NCBI GenBank assembly: GCA_041652815.1
Contig: JBAZGN010000002.1
Coordinates: forward strand, 174,261-238,260
Reading direction: 5' to 3'
DNA length: 64,000 nucleotides
Source of the DNA: Candidatus Omnitrophota bacterium
Lineage (GTDB): Bacteria > Omnitrophota > Gorgyraeia > Duberdicusellales > 4484-171
Shown: positions 63,664 through 64,000 of the stretch, in pieces
Layout: each line of letters starts with the position of its first letter
How positions within the stretch are numbered: position 1 is the stretch's first letter
Translations under genes and position numbers: made by a program
Notes under the pieces: generated by a model
Seen by the model: only the letters and a program-made list of their open reading frames with translations
Told to the model about the DNA's origin: nothing
Database searches by the model: none

Positions 63664-64000
63664 ATGCTTACTACCTTTTATCTAGCTGGGCGTTATTTTT
63701 TACGCGGAAGAGCGAGGCATATTTCTTTTATCAGCATAATTTCCTGCCTTGGCGTAGCCTTGGGCGTTTTTGCTTTAATCGTTGTAATTTCCGTAATGAA
63801 CGGATTTGACAATGACCTTATGGACAGGCTGCTTAAGTTTAATTATCACCTGACGATAGAAAGCCCGGATAAGCAGTTGCTTCCGAAAATAAAAGCAAGA
63901 ATCGATAGCATAAGCGGTATTGAAAGCTCCTCGGTTATTCTTCAAACCCAAGTGTTTGCAAAGGTAGATAAATATATAGTGCCGATGATGGTAAAAGCTT
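63664..64000 (+). CDS. LolC/LolE-like (FtsX/MacB-type) permease, 5' fragment running off the window
   Basis: N-terminus MLTTFYLAGRYFLRGRARHISFISIISCLGVALGVFALIVVISVMNGF is the typical LolC/E start. Confidence 0.5.
   Translation, partial: MLTTFYLAGRYFLRGRARHISFISIISCLGVALGVFALIVVISVMNGFDNDLMDRLLKFNYHLTIESPDKQLLPKIKARIDSISGIESSSVILQTQVFAKVDKYIVPMMVKA

Overview
This is a low-GC bacterial chromosomal segment (roughly 35-40% GC by eye). It encodes about 68 protein-coding genes, almost all on the + strand. I found no rRNA, no tRNA and no CRISPR array.

Recognisable genes include:
- a five-gene Opp/Dpp-type peptide ABC importer;
- a CsgG-like lipoprotein, an ABC-F ATPase, an M48 peptidase, a 961-aa autotransporter, a ClC channel and CstA;
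- a Wzx flippase, a GH1 beta-glucosidase, EF-G (fusA), MetF, DinB and ribosomal protein S21;
- two paralogous RRM glycine-rich RNA-binding proteins, a NYN/LabA-like protein, a SemiSWEET, RlmB and an HD-domain protein;
- a FCY1-type cytosine deaminase next to an OlsB/OlsA-like ornithine-lipid pair;
- galT and a TolC-HlyD-ABC2 (YbhGFSR-like) efflux locus;
- a split MetH (stand-alone activation-domain protein plus an 808-aa core);
- an IS200-like Y1 (RAYT) transposase, an AlkD-like repair protein, GuaD, LysS and the 5' end of a LolC/E-like permease.

The most striking property is that nearly every intergenic gap holds one of at least six families of structured inverted-repeat elements built from tandem 7-9 nt units. 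Some are nested inside one another. One family carries a TAA stop plus GGAG ribosome-binding site at its 3' end, directly in front of downstream genes. One heptamer array sits in-frame inside the ABC-F gene. The RAYT gene is bracketed by two identical perfect 29-nt hairpins (a REPtron), and the left hairpin overlaps the metH stop codon.

Other points of interest:
- a stand-alone RnfD/NqrB-like membrane protein next to a signal-peptide desulfoferrodoxin-like protein and a DsbA-like protein with CPYG in place of CxxC;
- a deaminase / Rossmann-like unknown / OlsB / OlsA operon;
- a TolC-like gene whose signal peptide has no ATG and is preceded in-frame by a wHTH-like 85-aa segment;
- a GC-rich islet of two 261-aa secreted proteins;
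- an orphan Mu GemA-like gene.

All calls are from reading the sequence and ORF translations by eye. No database search was run, and hand-derived coordinates may be off by 1-2 nt.
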